Shown: piece by piece, positions 38,698 to 51,234 of the stretch | Numbering within the stretch: the first letter of the stretch is position 1 | Layout: each line of letters begins with the position of its first letter | Assembly (NCBI GenBank): GCA_951406725.2 | Contig: OX597826.1 | Location: forward strand, 22,258,001 to 22,322,000 | From: Octopus vulgaris | Lineage: Eukaryota | Direction of reading: 5' to 3' | Length of the DNA: 64,000 nucleotides | Notes under the pieces: model-generated | The model's database searches: none | Seen by the model: only the letters and a program-made list of their open reading frames with translations | What the model was told of the DNA's origin: nothing | Made by a program: the position numbers and the translations under genes

Positions 38698-40499
38698 CTG
38701 TAAGATGGATAAAATACATAAAAAGAAAAGTGGTTCTTTAAAATTAAGCAGAAAACAATATTTTGCTTGCAAGAATTTAAATTTCTGCTTAATTAAAAAG
38801 GAAGTCTATCATGTTAACAAATGCATTGGTAAGAACATAAGATAATTCTTTGATTAGGAGACACCATTACACATTTCTAGTTCCTAATGATTAAAATTCT
38901 GAATCCAAAGATATTAGTCCATAGGTGGAGTTTATAGAAATGTTCTGTAAATTTGGTCAATTTGAGAAGTGAAGAATGTTTTAGGTCTTTACATTTTCTT
39001 GCTTTTTTCTTTCCTTTTTCTTTTTGGCAAGTAAGGAAAATAGTAAATTTGATGTTATCCCATTCAGTACCCTCAAAATGATAAAACTAATTTCTCTCTT
39101 TTGATCTCAGACAAAGAGTAATGTCCTAAAACATTTCATTCTATTTTTCATACACCAACAGAAAATGATCAAATTAGATGTCAGATTCACAAAAGTAGTC
39201 TTCCAACTGTCACCCATACTCACAGGTCATTTTGAAGATTTTGAAAATGTCATTGGGTTATTGATGCATGTATTTTTACAAGTCTACCCATGACCTTGAA
39301 GATAGTTGGACTACTTCATAGAAGCAGCCCTACCACCTACAGCTAAGGTTATAGAAGTGCTGCGACATTTAGAGAAGAGACCAAGAAGTAGGATTTTAAC
39401 TTAAAACATAAATAATTGTGAACTGAAGAGAACTGAAGTAATTAACCTTTTTGATAGCAAACTGCCTTTGAGTAACTCTGATTCTATGATACCAACTTCC
39501 TGTGTTAGAGTCATTCAAATTTATACTCTTCATCAAAATTTCCTGTTAATTTATGTTTCAAACACTAGTGCAATAACAAATTTTCTATTACTAAATTCTT
39601 TGTTATTTTAAAAATCAACTGAAATAAAAGCAGGGCATTTGAGCAGAAATATGGTAACAAAACTCATCACTTGGATTACAAACTGACCGTTGGTCACATA
39701 CACTGTAAACGAAATAAGTGAAACATTTGAACAGGTAAGCTGAACACAAGTAAATTAAGCATGGTTCACCTCATCAATTTAATACCTAATCAGGAAGGAA
39801 TGTTATTAGTGTAAAATAATTAGAACTAGACGAAAGCGAAATTTCCCAAACATCTATTTATGTTAGCAATAAGAGATTTCTCTCAACACACAGAAGTAGG
39901 CTAAAGAAGAATGCTTAAGTTAGTTGTAATATATTTAAAGAATGAACTGTTAAATATGATAACTAGAAATAATCAGGTAGTAGAGAAATAAGCACAGAGA
40001 CTAATATTATTTATGGTCTTTGGCAAGAATGGAACTCCAGAGATGTTTTGGTCTTATTATGATCTCATCACACAAGTCAAAGATCAAAATGGTGCTGAAT
40101 AGATTACTTAGTAAATGTATAGTAGTTGGTGTATGAAAATAGAGCTGTTTAGAGAAATATGGATGGCATCTAAGAAATATTTTACAACCATTAAATAGAG
40201 TAAACACTAACTGTTGTTTTGTATACAAATGGTATCTCTGAGTTATTTATTCATTAAATAATTAGACTAGTTTTATACAAACTAATGCAAAATCTTGCAA
40301 ATTTATTTAATGATTCTTTCATTGCTACTTCAGTAAGTACAGCAAAGTCTATGCTTTACTGATGAGGTGATTATAAGAATGAAACACGTATGGTATTGTC
40401 TCCCAGTCATTGACAAATATTGTTTTCTCTTCTCCACTGTAAAAATATTTCTAGTTAACTTTTTAATGCCCTCTACATTAAATATACCACTGCTACTGC

Positions 40500-40985
40500 C
40501 GCCACCACCACCATTTAATTTCTGCTTTCCATGCTGGCATGGATCAGATGGCTTGACATGGAGCTGGCTAGCTGGGAACTGTCCAGACTCTAATTGTCTG
40601 TTGTGACACGGTTGCTATGGCTGGATGCTCTTCCTGATGCCAACCACTTAACAGAGTGTGCCGGGTGCTTTTTATGTGCCATTGGCACGGGTGAGTTTTT
40701 GCAGCACTAACATGGATGCTTATTATGTGGCACCAGCACCTGACAGCACAGGCCTGTATGTGGGAAAGACAGTGATTTAACTATCATATTTAATATTTCC
40801 TCCATTAAACATATTAACACAAAAAAGGCACCCAGTTCCTTCTGTAAATTGGTTGGCATTAGGAAGGGCATCCAGCTGTAGAAACTCTGCAAAAGCAGAC
40901 ACTGGAGCATGATGCAGTCTTTGGACCTATCGGCTCCTGTCAAAGCATCCAATCTATGCCAGTATGGACAATGATGATGATGATG
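40500..40985. mobile_element. Inverted pair of diverged RTE-tail/SINE-like repeats
   Basis: Minus copy ~40500-40690 (ggctggatgctcttcctgatgccaaccac) and plus copy ~40820-40985 (ggttggcattaggaagggcatccagctgtagaaac...gatgatgatg). Confidence 0.75.
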
Positions 40986-41555
40986 ACTAATTATTATATT
41001 TAACATTCCCTACATTAAATATATTGGCACTAACTTATCTATTGATTTCCACACGGATGAGTATTCCTGAATTATTAAGTAGAGAAGATTGTGTCAGAAG
41101 TGAGGAGATGAATGTAAAAAGTCAGAAATGAATTGACTGTGATCTAGCAGAAATATTGAGTGGCCAATAAAGTGAACAGACATAAATGGTCGTGTGTTAT
41201 GCATGAAATGTCCTGCAGGGACATGAAATATAGTTTGAATAATAGATGAAGGGTGAAAAGTAGTCAGTGTGTAATGGATATGTATGAGACAAGGTAAAGA
41301 AGGTTGAGAGAGAGAGAGATATTAAAAGAGGGGAGGGAGTGAGAAAGAGGGAGAAAAGAGTAAGAGAGAGAGAGAGAGAGAGAAAGTATCAAGGTAGACA
41401 GATGACGTGTTTTGTACTCTATTGAACCCTTGGTAGTAAAACAAATAACAGAAAGCTTCAAAGAGCCAAAAAGGGTTGGATCAGGTCTGGTATGGAGCTA
41501 AAAAAACAACAATGTGAAGCATAAAAAGAAATAAGAAAAAAAAGAATTGACAAAC

Positions 41556-41693
41556 CTGTGATGCAAAGTGGATTTAGATAGCCAGGTTCACAACCTTTAT
41601 TACAAAACCCAGTGACATGGTGACATTTTCCATCTACGCAGTGTTCACTGCAAACTGTCATGCATCCACTTCCATAAAATGGATGTTCACAAG
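41556..41693 (-). CDS. RPTP exon, EGF-laminin repeat 6 (138 nt, phase 1-1)
   Basis: tttcag acceptor, gtttgt donor; SCEHPFYGSGCMTVCSEHCVDGKCHHVTGFCNKGCEPGYLNPLCIT. Confidence 0.92.
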
Positions 41694-43412
41694 CTGAAAT
41701 TATAAAAAATATTTCATCTTTTATTATTCCCTTAGGTGGAGAGAGTAAAAATATTTTCGAAATATTTTGAGGTTTAACTCTGATATCTCCCTTTTGCAGC
41801 CAGTTTCTTTAATTATGAGCAAAACACTTCATTTCACATTGCTCCAGTCCCCTCAGCTGTAAATGGGACACCCTACGACAGAGCAGCTAAAATGATGTGA
41901 AGCATATTGTAACCAGCAATATTGTAACATTGTAATCAGTAGATATGGATACCACAATTTATTCATGTATTTGAAACTGTGTGTAAGAATTAAATAATTA
42001 GCTAAATCATAATAAAACAAAAATGAGCGACAATCAGTATGCTTTTTTTGTTTTATTCAATGGAAAGATTTTTATGTTAACAAAAACAAACAAGGGTTTA
42101 TGTCTTCTTTTGTTTGATCAACTAATAACAGTAAAGAAATAAAAGATAATTTATTTTACATTTTAATTGGATTGATTAGTAATTAATCATCTGATGTTTT
42201 ATATTCCTGGACATATCCATGAAACCAATCTGAAGACCACACATTGCACACTATCTAATAATCTGATAATGGAATGCTAGTTCAAATCTAATCTGAGATC
42301 ATGTACATCTCCAAGGATAAGACACATGATGATGAGTGCAATTTAAACTGATCCAAAAAATAGCATATTTTCAAAAGATATCGATTATAATCTGGAAAAT
42401 TGTGTTAATAATCAATAGCATTCAGACTTTAGAAATATTCTATCTTTGTGCTGCCATAAATTCAGGTTTTTTTTCTTTTTAAATAAATAAAAAAGCTTTT
42501 TCTCTTTACTTCAAATTCAGTTCCTGTGACTACTTTTTATATTTTTGTATCAAATGTCAGTATTACAGTTTTGACAGTAATTCTTGCTGTTTGGTTGAGT
42601 TAATGAGGTCAAAAAACAAATTTCATAAAACTAAAAATTCTAAATTTTTTTCATTTTATTTGTAAATAGACTAACTTTTTTAAACAGTCATACATTCTAA
42701 AAACATTATACATAGATAAATAATTTCATATAGAGTATTTTAACAATTGAAAATGTTCTTACAATTGAAAGTAAAGGGTTTATCTCTAAGATCATGAGTC
42801 AGTATTAATCTTTTATAAAACCAATCCACCTCAGACCTCTAAACCTTCATTATTTACTTTAATATCTTAGAATCTTATTAGAATATGAATAATATACATT
42901 TTATTTAGTCAACACCAGTATAAATCAATATTTACAGTTGCAAAGTATTTTGTAAAAATCCTCCCTAAATCTTGAATATACTGAAAATTAATTAATACAC
43001 AAGTGTAATAAATTCATTAAAAGTACCACCTCAGCATCAATGTTCTTGAACAATGCACTGAGCTTTTTACTGTGTAGCTTGACAGATTAATATCCTTTTC
43101 AGGTGACTGGGGCCACATTAGAGAAAGAGGTAGCTTTATGCTTGGTTGTGAAAAGTTGAAGCATGAAGGAAAAACACCAGAACAAGTTTCTTCCTGCAGA
43201 AGAGAAACAAGGCTTCTTGCATTGTACAAAAATGGATGGGAAAAATGAGTGGAGGGCTGGGAAGTGAGATGAAGATGTCAGAGTTGGCCCTGGGGAGAGG
43301 AGAAGAGAAAGTGAGGTTGGGTAGAAGCAGCAAAAGTGTATAGAGAGTGAGGGGTGGTAAGAAATGGAATAGAAGTATTGAATATACTGAAGGATGAACA
43401 CGGGTGGGATGG

Positions 43413-43444
<32 letters not shown>

Positions 43445-43543
43445 GGATTCTTCCCTGTTAGGCAATTTTGATTTTGATTTTAAATATTTAAGATTTATAA
43501 AGTAGTCTTGGATCATTAATGAAAATATTCTTAGAGAACTTAC

Positions 43544-43681
43544 AGGTATCACATCGTTGACCTTGGTACCCAGGATTACAATATTTCGTGCAATGTCCAT
43601 TGACATGATTACATTCCTGATCAACACAAAATTTACTGCAGTTGTTTAAACATCGGAAGCCATATTTGTTATTACTGCAGG
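43544..43681 (-). CDS. RPTP exon, EGF-laminin repeat 5 (138 nt, phase 1-1)
   Basis: ttgcag acceptor, gtaagt donor; TCSNNKYGFRCLNNCSKFCVDQECNHVNGHCTKYCNPGYQGQRCDT. Confidence 0.93.
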
Positions 43682-43976
43682 CTGCAAGAGAGAAAATACA
43701 AAAATAAGAAGAAAAATTGTTTTGTTAGAGAATAGTTATTTTATCTGACAATAATCATAACCTCTTTTATATACAAATTCCCTTTAGGAAACAATGATAG
43801 GAAACAATGTTATTATTTCTATTGTTGATCTCAAGAGGTGAAGTTTGTTTTCGCAGTTTTAGCGTGAAGAATAGAGAAATGCGGCTGCGGCCTTTACCTG
43901 CTTTCCTTTACTGATCCTTTACTGAATTGCACATTAAAACAATGTGAGAACCATTTAGGTTTCTCTAAGAACTTAC

Positions 43977-44114
43977 TTGAATTACAATAGTGTCCTTGAT
44001 AACCTGGCACACATCCATTAATACAACGTCCATTTATGTGGTTACAGGTTTGACGAAGACAATTTGCACTGCATTTCCTAGTACACTGGTAACCATAAGT
44101 ATGTCGGTTACATT
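43977..44114 (-). CDS. RPTP exon, EGF-laminin repeat 4 (138 nt, phase 1-1)
   Basis: ttacag acceptor, gtaagt donor; KCNRHTYGYQCTRKCSANCLRQTCNHINGRCINGCVPGYQGHYCNS. Confidence 0.93.
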
Positions 44115-44904
44115 CTGTAAAATGAAGAAATTTTTTTTAAATTGTGAAGAATTTGAATATTGATTTCTTACAAAAGTTAATAAATTTGTATCATCCTGTA
44201 GTTGGATGTGGGGAGACTGAACCAAAGTTATAAAACTCCGACAAATAATTTTTGCTGATTCAGAGCATCATTGATGGATTATCTAACATTGTCATACCTT
44301 TACAGTTCAGGAAAGTGGTTCCTACAACTGATATTATTTTTGTTGGTTCTAGTAGGATTTGAACTCAGAATATAAATGTACATTACCACATGCTATGCCA
44401 ATTGCCTAATACCCTACTAATTTGTCCTAATGCTAATGTCAATATCAATAATCTAAGAGAAGAGGATGTCAGTGAGGAAAAGAAATGAAATGCCAACAGA
44501 ATCTCTATGTGGTCATTATACCAGCTAGAAATAGCAGCCAAATTTCCTTCAGATCTAAATCTTTTAAACAAGGACAGAATAGAATAATCAGGACTAGAAT
44601 GCTCTCTTGGTTATAGTTCTACATGTTCAAGGCTTATTTTGAGCAAAACAACAACAGCAACAAAAAGGCAACCATTTGGTGAGCTGAGTTCAAGAGTTGG
44701 TCTCAAGTCCCAGACAAGGATCAAAGTGGCTATATAGGACTAACATGGTCATGTAAGAACAGTATGGCCATGTAGGAACAATACTACCACATAGGATCAA
44801 TTTCGCCATATGGTACCAAGCTATCAACCTGTTCTTAATGTCATGAAGAGTGAAACTAAAGTACAACTGTTGAAATCAAAATTATATCTACTAACTGTTT
44901 TCTG

Positions 44905-45077
44905 CATAGCTGTGTGTTTAAAAGTTTGCTTCCCAACACATAGTTCTGGGTTCAGCCCCACTGCATAACACCTTGCACAAGTGTCTTTGGGCCAACCAAA
45001 GCCTTGTGAGTGGATTTAGTTCATGGATTTAGTTCATGGAAACCGAAAGAACCTTGTTGTATGTATATATATGTTAG

Positions 45078-45109
<32 letters not shown>

Positions 45110-45632
45110 AGAGGCGCAATGGCCCAGTGGTTAGGGCAGTGGACTTGCAGTCGTAGGATTGTGGTTTTGATTCCCAGATTGGGCATTGTGAGTGTTTATT
45201 GAGCGAAAACACCTAAAGCTCCACGAGGCTCTGGCAGAGGGTGGTGGCAATCCCTGCTGTACTCTTTCGCCACAACTTTCTCTCACTCCTTCTTCTGTTG
45301 GCCTGCTCGCTTAGCCAGTGGGGTGGCGTCATTTGAAGGCTAAAACATTGTGACCAGCGATGTGTAGCAACATCTGATAGCCTGGTCGGTCACAGTGACG
45401 GTGATATATATATATATTCATGTATCTGTCTATGTGTCTGTGACTTTGTGTTTGCCCCCCCCCTCCCCATAGCTTGACAACTTGTGTTAGTTTATTTATG
45501 TTCTTGTAACTCAGCAGTTCAGCAATAGAAACTGGTTGAATAAATATCAAGCTTGAAAAAAATAGGTACAGGGATTGATTTGTTCAACTAAACCCTCAAG
45601 CTTCAGTCCAATGATTGAAACAAGTAAAAAGC
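44905..45632 (+). mobile_element. SINE (family C) interrupted by a family B SINE
   Basis: Head gctgtgtgtttaaaagtttgcttcccaac..gggttcagcccc..gccttgtgagtggattt; the tail resumes at ~45420 and runs to ..gattgaaacaagtaaaaag. Confidence 0.65.
45111..45403 (+). mobile_element. tRNA-derived SINE (family B), full length
   Basis: A-box tggcccagtgg and B-box-like ggttttgattccc; second copy at 20389-20655; inserted in a (TA)n/(TG)n tract. Confidence 0.85.
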
Positions 45633-46733
45633 TATATATATATAAAACATTGATTAGAGAACAAACATGAAATTCGAGTCAATGACTTTATATAACACCA
45701 TGCTTCCATATATTTGATCATATATAAATATTACTGTGGCCTTTAACATATAAAAAGAATACATATATAAAAAACATAGAAGGTAAAAAAATATATATGC
45801 AAATAAAAATACAAATATACAGAATGGCCTATCAAGAAGGTATGTACAATCAACTAAAAATTCTAAAGCATGTCGAGCAACTAAAAACCTAAATAAAATA
45901 TCAATCGACTAAAAAATTGTTTTTACTCCCCTCAATTAAAAATATGTAAAAAAACTTCATTTCATAGAAACCATGGTGGGTGAAAGTCTAGGAGCATAAC
46001 AGAGTTCAACAAAATCAAACCAAACACATCTATGGCCATTTTGGGAATTCACTGCTGCGGTTCAATGAGTTAAGGTGCATCTCAGCAATGACCCCCTCAT
46101 CAGGAGGATCAGGAATCTCAAAAATTAGTCGTTCATGGGGAATAACATTATATATGTGTGTGTGTGTGTGAATGTGTGTGTATATATTTACATATGTATC
46201 AAGGGTTGAATAGAAAGAATACAACAAGGAGAAAAGTTAGATCAAAGCAGAGTAAATGGGAAAGTAGATGAAAACTAAATGGACAGGAAATTAGATGACA
46301 TGATACATGGAATATTTACAGCTGAGTTTTCCTCTTCGGTCAAAGACAAAATATCATAGCAGTTTTATGCTAATGCATGTATGTACATATATATATATAT
46401 ATATATGTAAAATAAAATGGATAGATAGATAGTTAGATAGATAGATAGATAGGTATACATGTGTGGGTGTGTGAGCATGTGTATAGTGTTTTTTATTCTC
46501 AATTATTTTTCAATCAATGGACTGCCTTCAGTGCTTTTAGCAAAGGTAACTCAAACAGAGAGAGACATAACTGGCACAGAACCAAATACCAAATGGTATT
46601 TTTGTTTATTGCACTGATCTTGCCAGCTCTATCTGATATGCTCACACACACACACACACACTCGATGAGTTATACATGGTTTCCATCTACCAATTTCCCA
46701 GTCAAGGCTTTAGATAATGTAGACATAAATACA

Positions 46734-49084
46734 TCTCTTATGATAAAAGGCAGATTTTCTCTGCCTCCCAAACCGTTCGTTTTTTATACAACTCTACAAT
46801 ATAGAATTTCTTCAATTGGAATTTACCTATCATTTTTCCAAGTAGATTCCATTGGGTCATGGCATGTAAAGTTTTTTCAGTTTCACCCCCAATTAAGCAA
46901 AAATTCGAGAAAACTCAATATTTTACGATTTCCCTCTTTCATTTCAAGTGCTTCACTCCTACCATTACCACTACACTTTCTCCTCCTTTCTCTTTGCAAT
47001 TGTGCAACAATTAAAGTGAAAGTATTTATATAAAAGGGATGAGCAATTAATACTAGTCATCCTTTTTGCTAGAAGAAGATCCACTATGGTCTTATATGCT
47101 ACACCACTCGTTTTCAATTCATATTAATCAAATTAATATTAAATTTTTCACCCTTATTATGTGTGTGTGTATTAGCAATTCGTATAAAATTGCATCAATG
47201 ACTTGAACTTGAATAAGTGGTTTCACATAAATGGGGATACATTAAAAAGGTTTGTTGTTATTATTATTACTGTTTGACTATTGTAATCACGTTTGTTGGT
47301 TCCTCGTCAGGGAAACGTTGTTGTGTTGCATTTGTTAAATAATTGTAAACCGTAACCCTCCCCCTTTCGGAGAAGGGTCTTTGGTTATTGTTTTAAAATT
47401 GAATTGTGTCCCTGTTTGGGGAAATTGACAATATTTTCACCGTCTTTACGGAAGCATTTTTGTTAAAATGCCTTCCATAGAAGAAAGTCCAAAAATGAAT
47501 TTCGCTGCAGCCGTACAAGAGGGAGGACAAGATCCAATTGATCGAAATTGCAAGAGACAGGCCTACAATTCCAGTCTATTATATATTTTGAGTATTGTTA
47601 TCACTAGCGATATCAAGATATAACTTTCTGTTTTGTATTTTATGTGTAGATGTATATATATATATAGATGTACATGTAATATGTACACATATATATACAC
47701 ATATATACATGCATAATATATCTACCCATACACACACACGTACACATATACATAGGAGCAGGTGTGGCTGTGTGGTAACAAACTACGTTCGAAGATACTG
47801 TACTTGATATGGGCGGTAGTGCCTTGCCGGTCTATGACCTACCTTCAACAAACCGGGAAGGCACAAACACTCTGTCTTCACATTTGCTGCGTGAGACATG
47901 TTTTAATGTTGACGAGCTTGCCGAGTACATAGCCGACAATGAGCCAAAGCTCCTTCCAGAACAGAAGTTCGCTTACAACTCTGTTGTTAATTTAGTCCGA
48001 GCCAAAGCTGTGGGGATATTTTTCCTGGACGCTCCTGGGGGCACTGGGAAAACTTTTGTCAACAAATTAATATTGGCTGACATTAGGCGAACACAAGGCA
48101 TTGCCCTAGCTATGGCATCATCTGGAATTGTGGCTACTTTGTTGCCAGGCGGCAGGACAGCTCACTCCACTTTCAAGCTTCCGCTTGACTTAGCGAAGAC
48201 TGAGACACCAACTTGCAACATCAGTAACAGCTCCGATCAGGCAGAAGTCTTCAGATGATGCAAGCTTATCGTTTGGGATGAATGCACGATGGCCCACAGA
48301 GGTGATCTTGAGGCACTAGATAGATCTCTCAGAGACATCAAACACTCTTCAGCTCCCATGGGAAGCATAACACTTCTTCTTTCAGGGGACTTCCGACAAA
48401 CACTTCCCATTATTCTCAAAGGGACTAGAACTGATGCAGTAAGTGCTTGTCTTAAGTCATCCACATTGTGGCCACTGGTGAAGACTCTCAAACTTCACAC
48501 CAATATGCGTGCTCATATCAGCAGCATTTTCTCACACCCTCCTTGCACTTGGCGAAGGCAAAATACCAGGGGATGAAAATGGTAATATTGCCATCGATTC
48601 CATTTGTACCATTGTTAAAACGCCTTCTGATCTCAGAGATGCAGTGTTCCCAGATCTACAAGCTAATTATCAGAATATGGATTGGATTGGCCAAAGGGCT
48701 ATTCTGGCCCCAAGGAATAAAACTGTTCACCATATTAATGATGAAATGCTAAACTCATTCCTGGGGATGTCTATGTATATAAGTCTATCGATACAACTCC
48801 TGACCCAGAGGACGTCATCAACTATCCAATAGAGGTACTCAATTCCTTTGAGCCCCCCGGACTACCACCACACATTCTCAAACTTAAAGTTGGTGCCCCT
48901 ATAATGCTCATTAGAAATTTGGTTCCCCCAAAACAATGCAATGGCACACGTTTGATCGTTAAGTCCTTATCTCCCACCGTAAACTTATATCAATATTTGC
49001 CTGAATAATCATCATAATTCAGTGCAATCATTAATAGTACTTTCAAGCAATTCAGCCCCGAGCATCGCCAGGCAATTCTGCTAG
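46734..49084 (+). mobile_element. Helitron (deletion derivative) carrying a RepHel PIF1 helicase fragment
   Basis: Candidate 5' A|TC at 46734; 3' imperfect hairpin cccgagcatcgccagg then CTAG|T at 49081-49085; helicase inside. The 5' boundary is less certain. Confidence 0.72.
47779..48980 (+). pseudogene. Helitron RepHel PIF1-family helicase fragment (stop and frameshifts)
   Basis: FFLDAPGGTGKTF (Walker A), ASSGIVATLLPGGRTAHSTFKLPL, LIVWDECTM (Walker B), GDFRQTLP, RAILAPRN, GLPPHILKLKVGAPIMLIRNL..CNGTRL. Confidence 0.93.
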
Positions 49085-49210
49085 TTATAGCTAAAACAAT
49101 GATTGGATGGTCAAAGATGGAATGTCTTTGATCATATGTCTACCCAATCTTGGCAGACAAAGGTTAAACAACAATGATTAAAATATAGGAGGTTTAAATT
49201 GAATACTTAC

Positions 49211-49348
49211 TGGCTAGGCAGTGGCCACCTTTGAAACCAGGCAAACAGCCTTTTGTACAATTTCCAGTCTCATGATGACAAAGTTGGTCAATGCATGTCT
49301 CACTGCAATTCTTATTACATCCAATGCCATACGTATGGCGGTAGCAGA
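49211..49348 (-). CDS. RPTP exon, EGF-laminin repeat 3 (138 nt, phase 1-1)
   Basis: ttctag acceptor, gtaagt donor; VCYRHTYGIGCNKNCSETCIDQLCHHETGNCTKGCLPGFKGGHCLA (also in ORF 49194..49397). Confidence 0.94.
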
Positions 49349-49845
49349 CTAGAAATGAATGGAAAATATAATTGCACACAAATCTATACAATATCATCGC
49401 TTTAAGAGAAAAAAAAGGGGAAATCCTTTCTACAATTAATTAGTCTAAAACCAGTTTTTGATGAATTACAGTTTTACACTAATGTATTGCATCTATGGGG
49501 TTGTTTGACTAGCTAGAAATAGAAGTAAAAAAAATCTCTCAAATAACTCCTGCATCTTAAAAAAGAAAGATATTTGAGATATTGTAGTTATGTATCTATA
49601 TAAAAAGATTGGTTGGTCATATCACTGGGATACCTTTGATCAGTTTTACAGTTTTAAATGAGTTCCTGGCTGACAAAATTCATTTGGGTTTCTAAACAAC
49701 ATTTTTTGAAAATACTTCAAGATTAGACATTTTCTACATAATTTACCAATAATGAGGAACAGGGTCACATGACTTACTGTTGTGATGTTTGCTGCTTAAG
49801 ATGACTGTAGTATTGAGGCCTGTTTGTGGTGACATCTGTCATGAT

Positions 49846-50274
49846 CAGCACTGGATTAACCATTAAGCAAAATAAGGAAGTGCTTAGGGCATCAAGGAAA
49901 GGTGGGGGTGGGGGGCACCACAAAAGTGATAGTTGGGTCACAGCACAGTGAAATCACTTTAAATTTGCTAAAATAATATTCAAAGTCGCTTTATATAATT
50001 GGAAATATAATTATCAGATGTGTTATGTAAGATGAATTTTGAGGATCTAATCAAAGACTTTGCAATTAAAAAAAGTAGGAAAACTTTTTCAAATATAAAG
50101 TGGAAGTGTCCAAAAATAATCATTATTTTCCATCTTATTATTAGTTTTGTTGCATTTTGAAAAATAGAAATTTATTTTGTGGTTGATTATTGTTTATATT
50201 TTGAATTGCATACACACGGGGGCACCAAAATCATATAAGTGCATAGTATGCCTAGGGGTGTTAATCCACCCCTA
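49846..50274 (+). mobile_element. Non-autonomous hAT element
   Basis: TIRs cagcactggattaac / gttaatccaccccta; 8-bp TSD gtcatgat (49838-45) vs gttatgat (50275-82); internal FEDLIKDFAIKKSRK resembles a hAT C-terminus. Confidence 0.8.
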
Positions 50275-50839
50275 GTTATGATTATTCATTAAGATGTGTT
50301 TGTTACACTACTTATTGCTTATCATGTCCATTTATATGGTCCTTATTGCTTACAATATCTCTTTGTTATGATGCCAATGATTATGCTTTCACTCATTTAG
50401 AGATTTTATACTCTATCGGTTTGCCACTCTTATAAGCACCAATGTCTTTGATGTCAACTAACATTAACACTTTTCATGACATGTTTGAAACTTCTCACAC
50501 AAAATATTTCATGAAAATCTCATTATTCCAGGTATGATGGCGAATGATTTCAGTGAATAAAACTTCCATTAGAGTTTCAAAAAGCCATTTACCAAGTTAT
50601 ATTTAAAACTTCTTGATTTGTCAAGAAATGAATAAGTTATTTTTTAGTGAAATAATTAAGGACCTTTAATTAATACCATAAAAAACAACAAAAAAAAGCA
50701 GTACTTAATTTACTCCCTCGTTTTGAAATATTTAAGTAAATAGAAACTTGATTTAATTATTTATATGCAGAACTGTACAGAAATGTAAACTTACAAGAAT
50801 TAATTACTAAGATTTTAGAGCTTATAATCAACAAGTTAA

Positions 50840-51024
50840 GGCGATCTTACGGTACAAGCACCATAACTGCCAATTATAAACCCACGTGGGTTTGTTTACA
50901 TTTCTGAAGAAAAAAGACCTCTCCCCCATATATAAAAAAAAAACTTTATGGAAAGTGACAATCTTCTTCTTCAAATGTAAACAAACACACGTGGAAGTTA
51001 TGGCACTTGTACCGAAAGATCGCC
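50840..51024. mobile_element. Palindromic MITE (PIF/Harbinger-like GGC ends)
   Basis: ggcgatcttacggtacaagcaccataact...ccacgtgggtttgtttacattt matches the reverse complement of aaatgtaaacaaacacacgtggaagttatggcacttgtaccgaaagatcgcc. Confidence 0.75.
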
Positions 51025-51096
51025 CTTTTGAGAAACAACTGTAACTAAAAATATGGTCAGGAGAGAATTAATGAAAGAATTAAAAATCTACTTTAC

Positions 51097-51234
51097 CTCT
51101 ATCACATTGATTTCCGATGTAACCTGGTTGGCAGCCATTTGTGCAATAACCAGTTATATGATGACAAACACCATCAAGGCAGCCAGAAGGACAGGATTGC
51201 TGACAATCTTCTCCATATTTGTCTTCTGAACATT
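51097..51234 (-). CDS. RPTP exon, EGF-laminin repeat 2 (138 nt, phase 1-1)
   Basis: ttatag acceptor, gtaaag donor; KCSEDKYGEDCQQSCPSGCLDGVCHHITGYCTNGCQPGYIGNQCDR. Confidence 0.93.

Noticed and set aside
45111-45185. tRNA-like sequence
   Set aside because: It is the head of a SINE (second copy at 20389) with a degenerate cloverleaf, not a tRNA gene.
46073-46112. Minus-strand CTGATGAG hammerhead-like box
   Set aside because: No intact GAAA box, poor stem II and no stem I partner; at best a decayed relic.
46461-47033. 190-aa plus-strand ORF
   Set aside because: It spans microsatellite, SINE remnant and Helitron 5' sequence, with no recognisable protein features.
47809-48832. Host PIF1 helicase gene
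   Set aside because: Intronless, interrupted by a stop and frameshifts, and followed by a Helitron hairpin-CTAG end, so it is transposon-derived.
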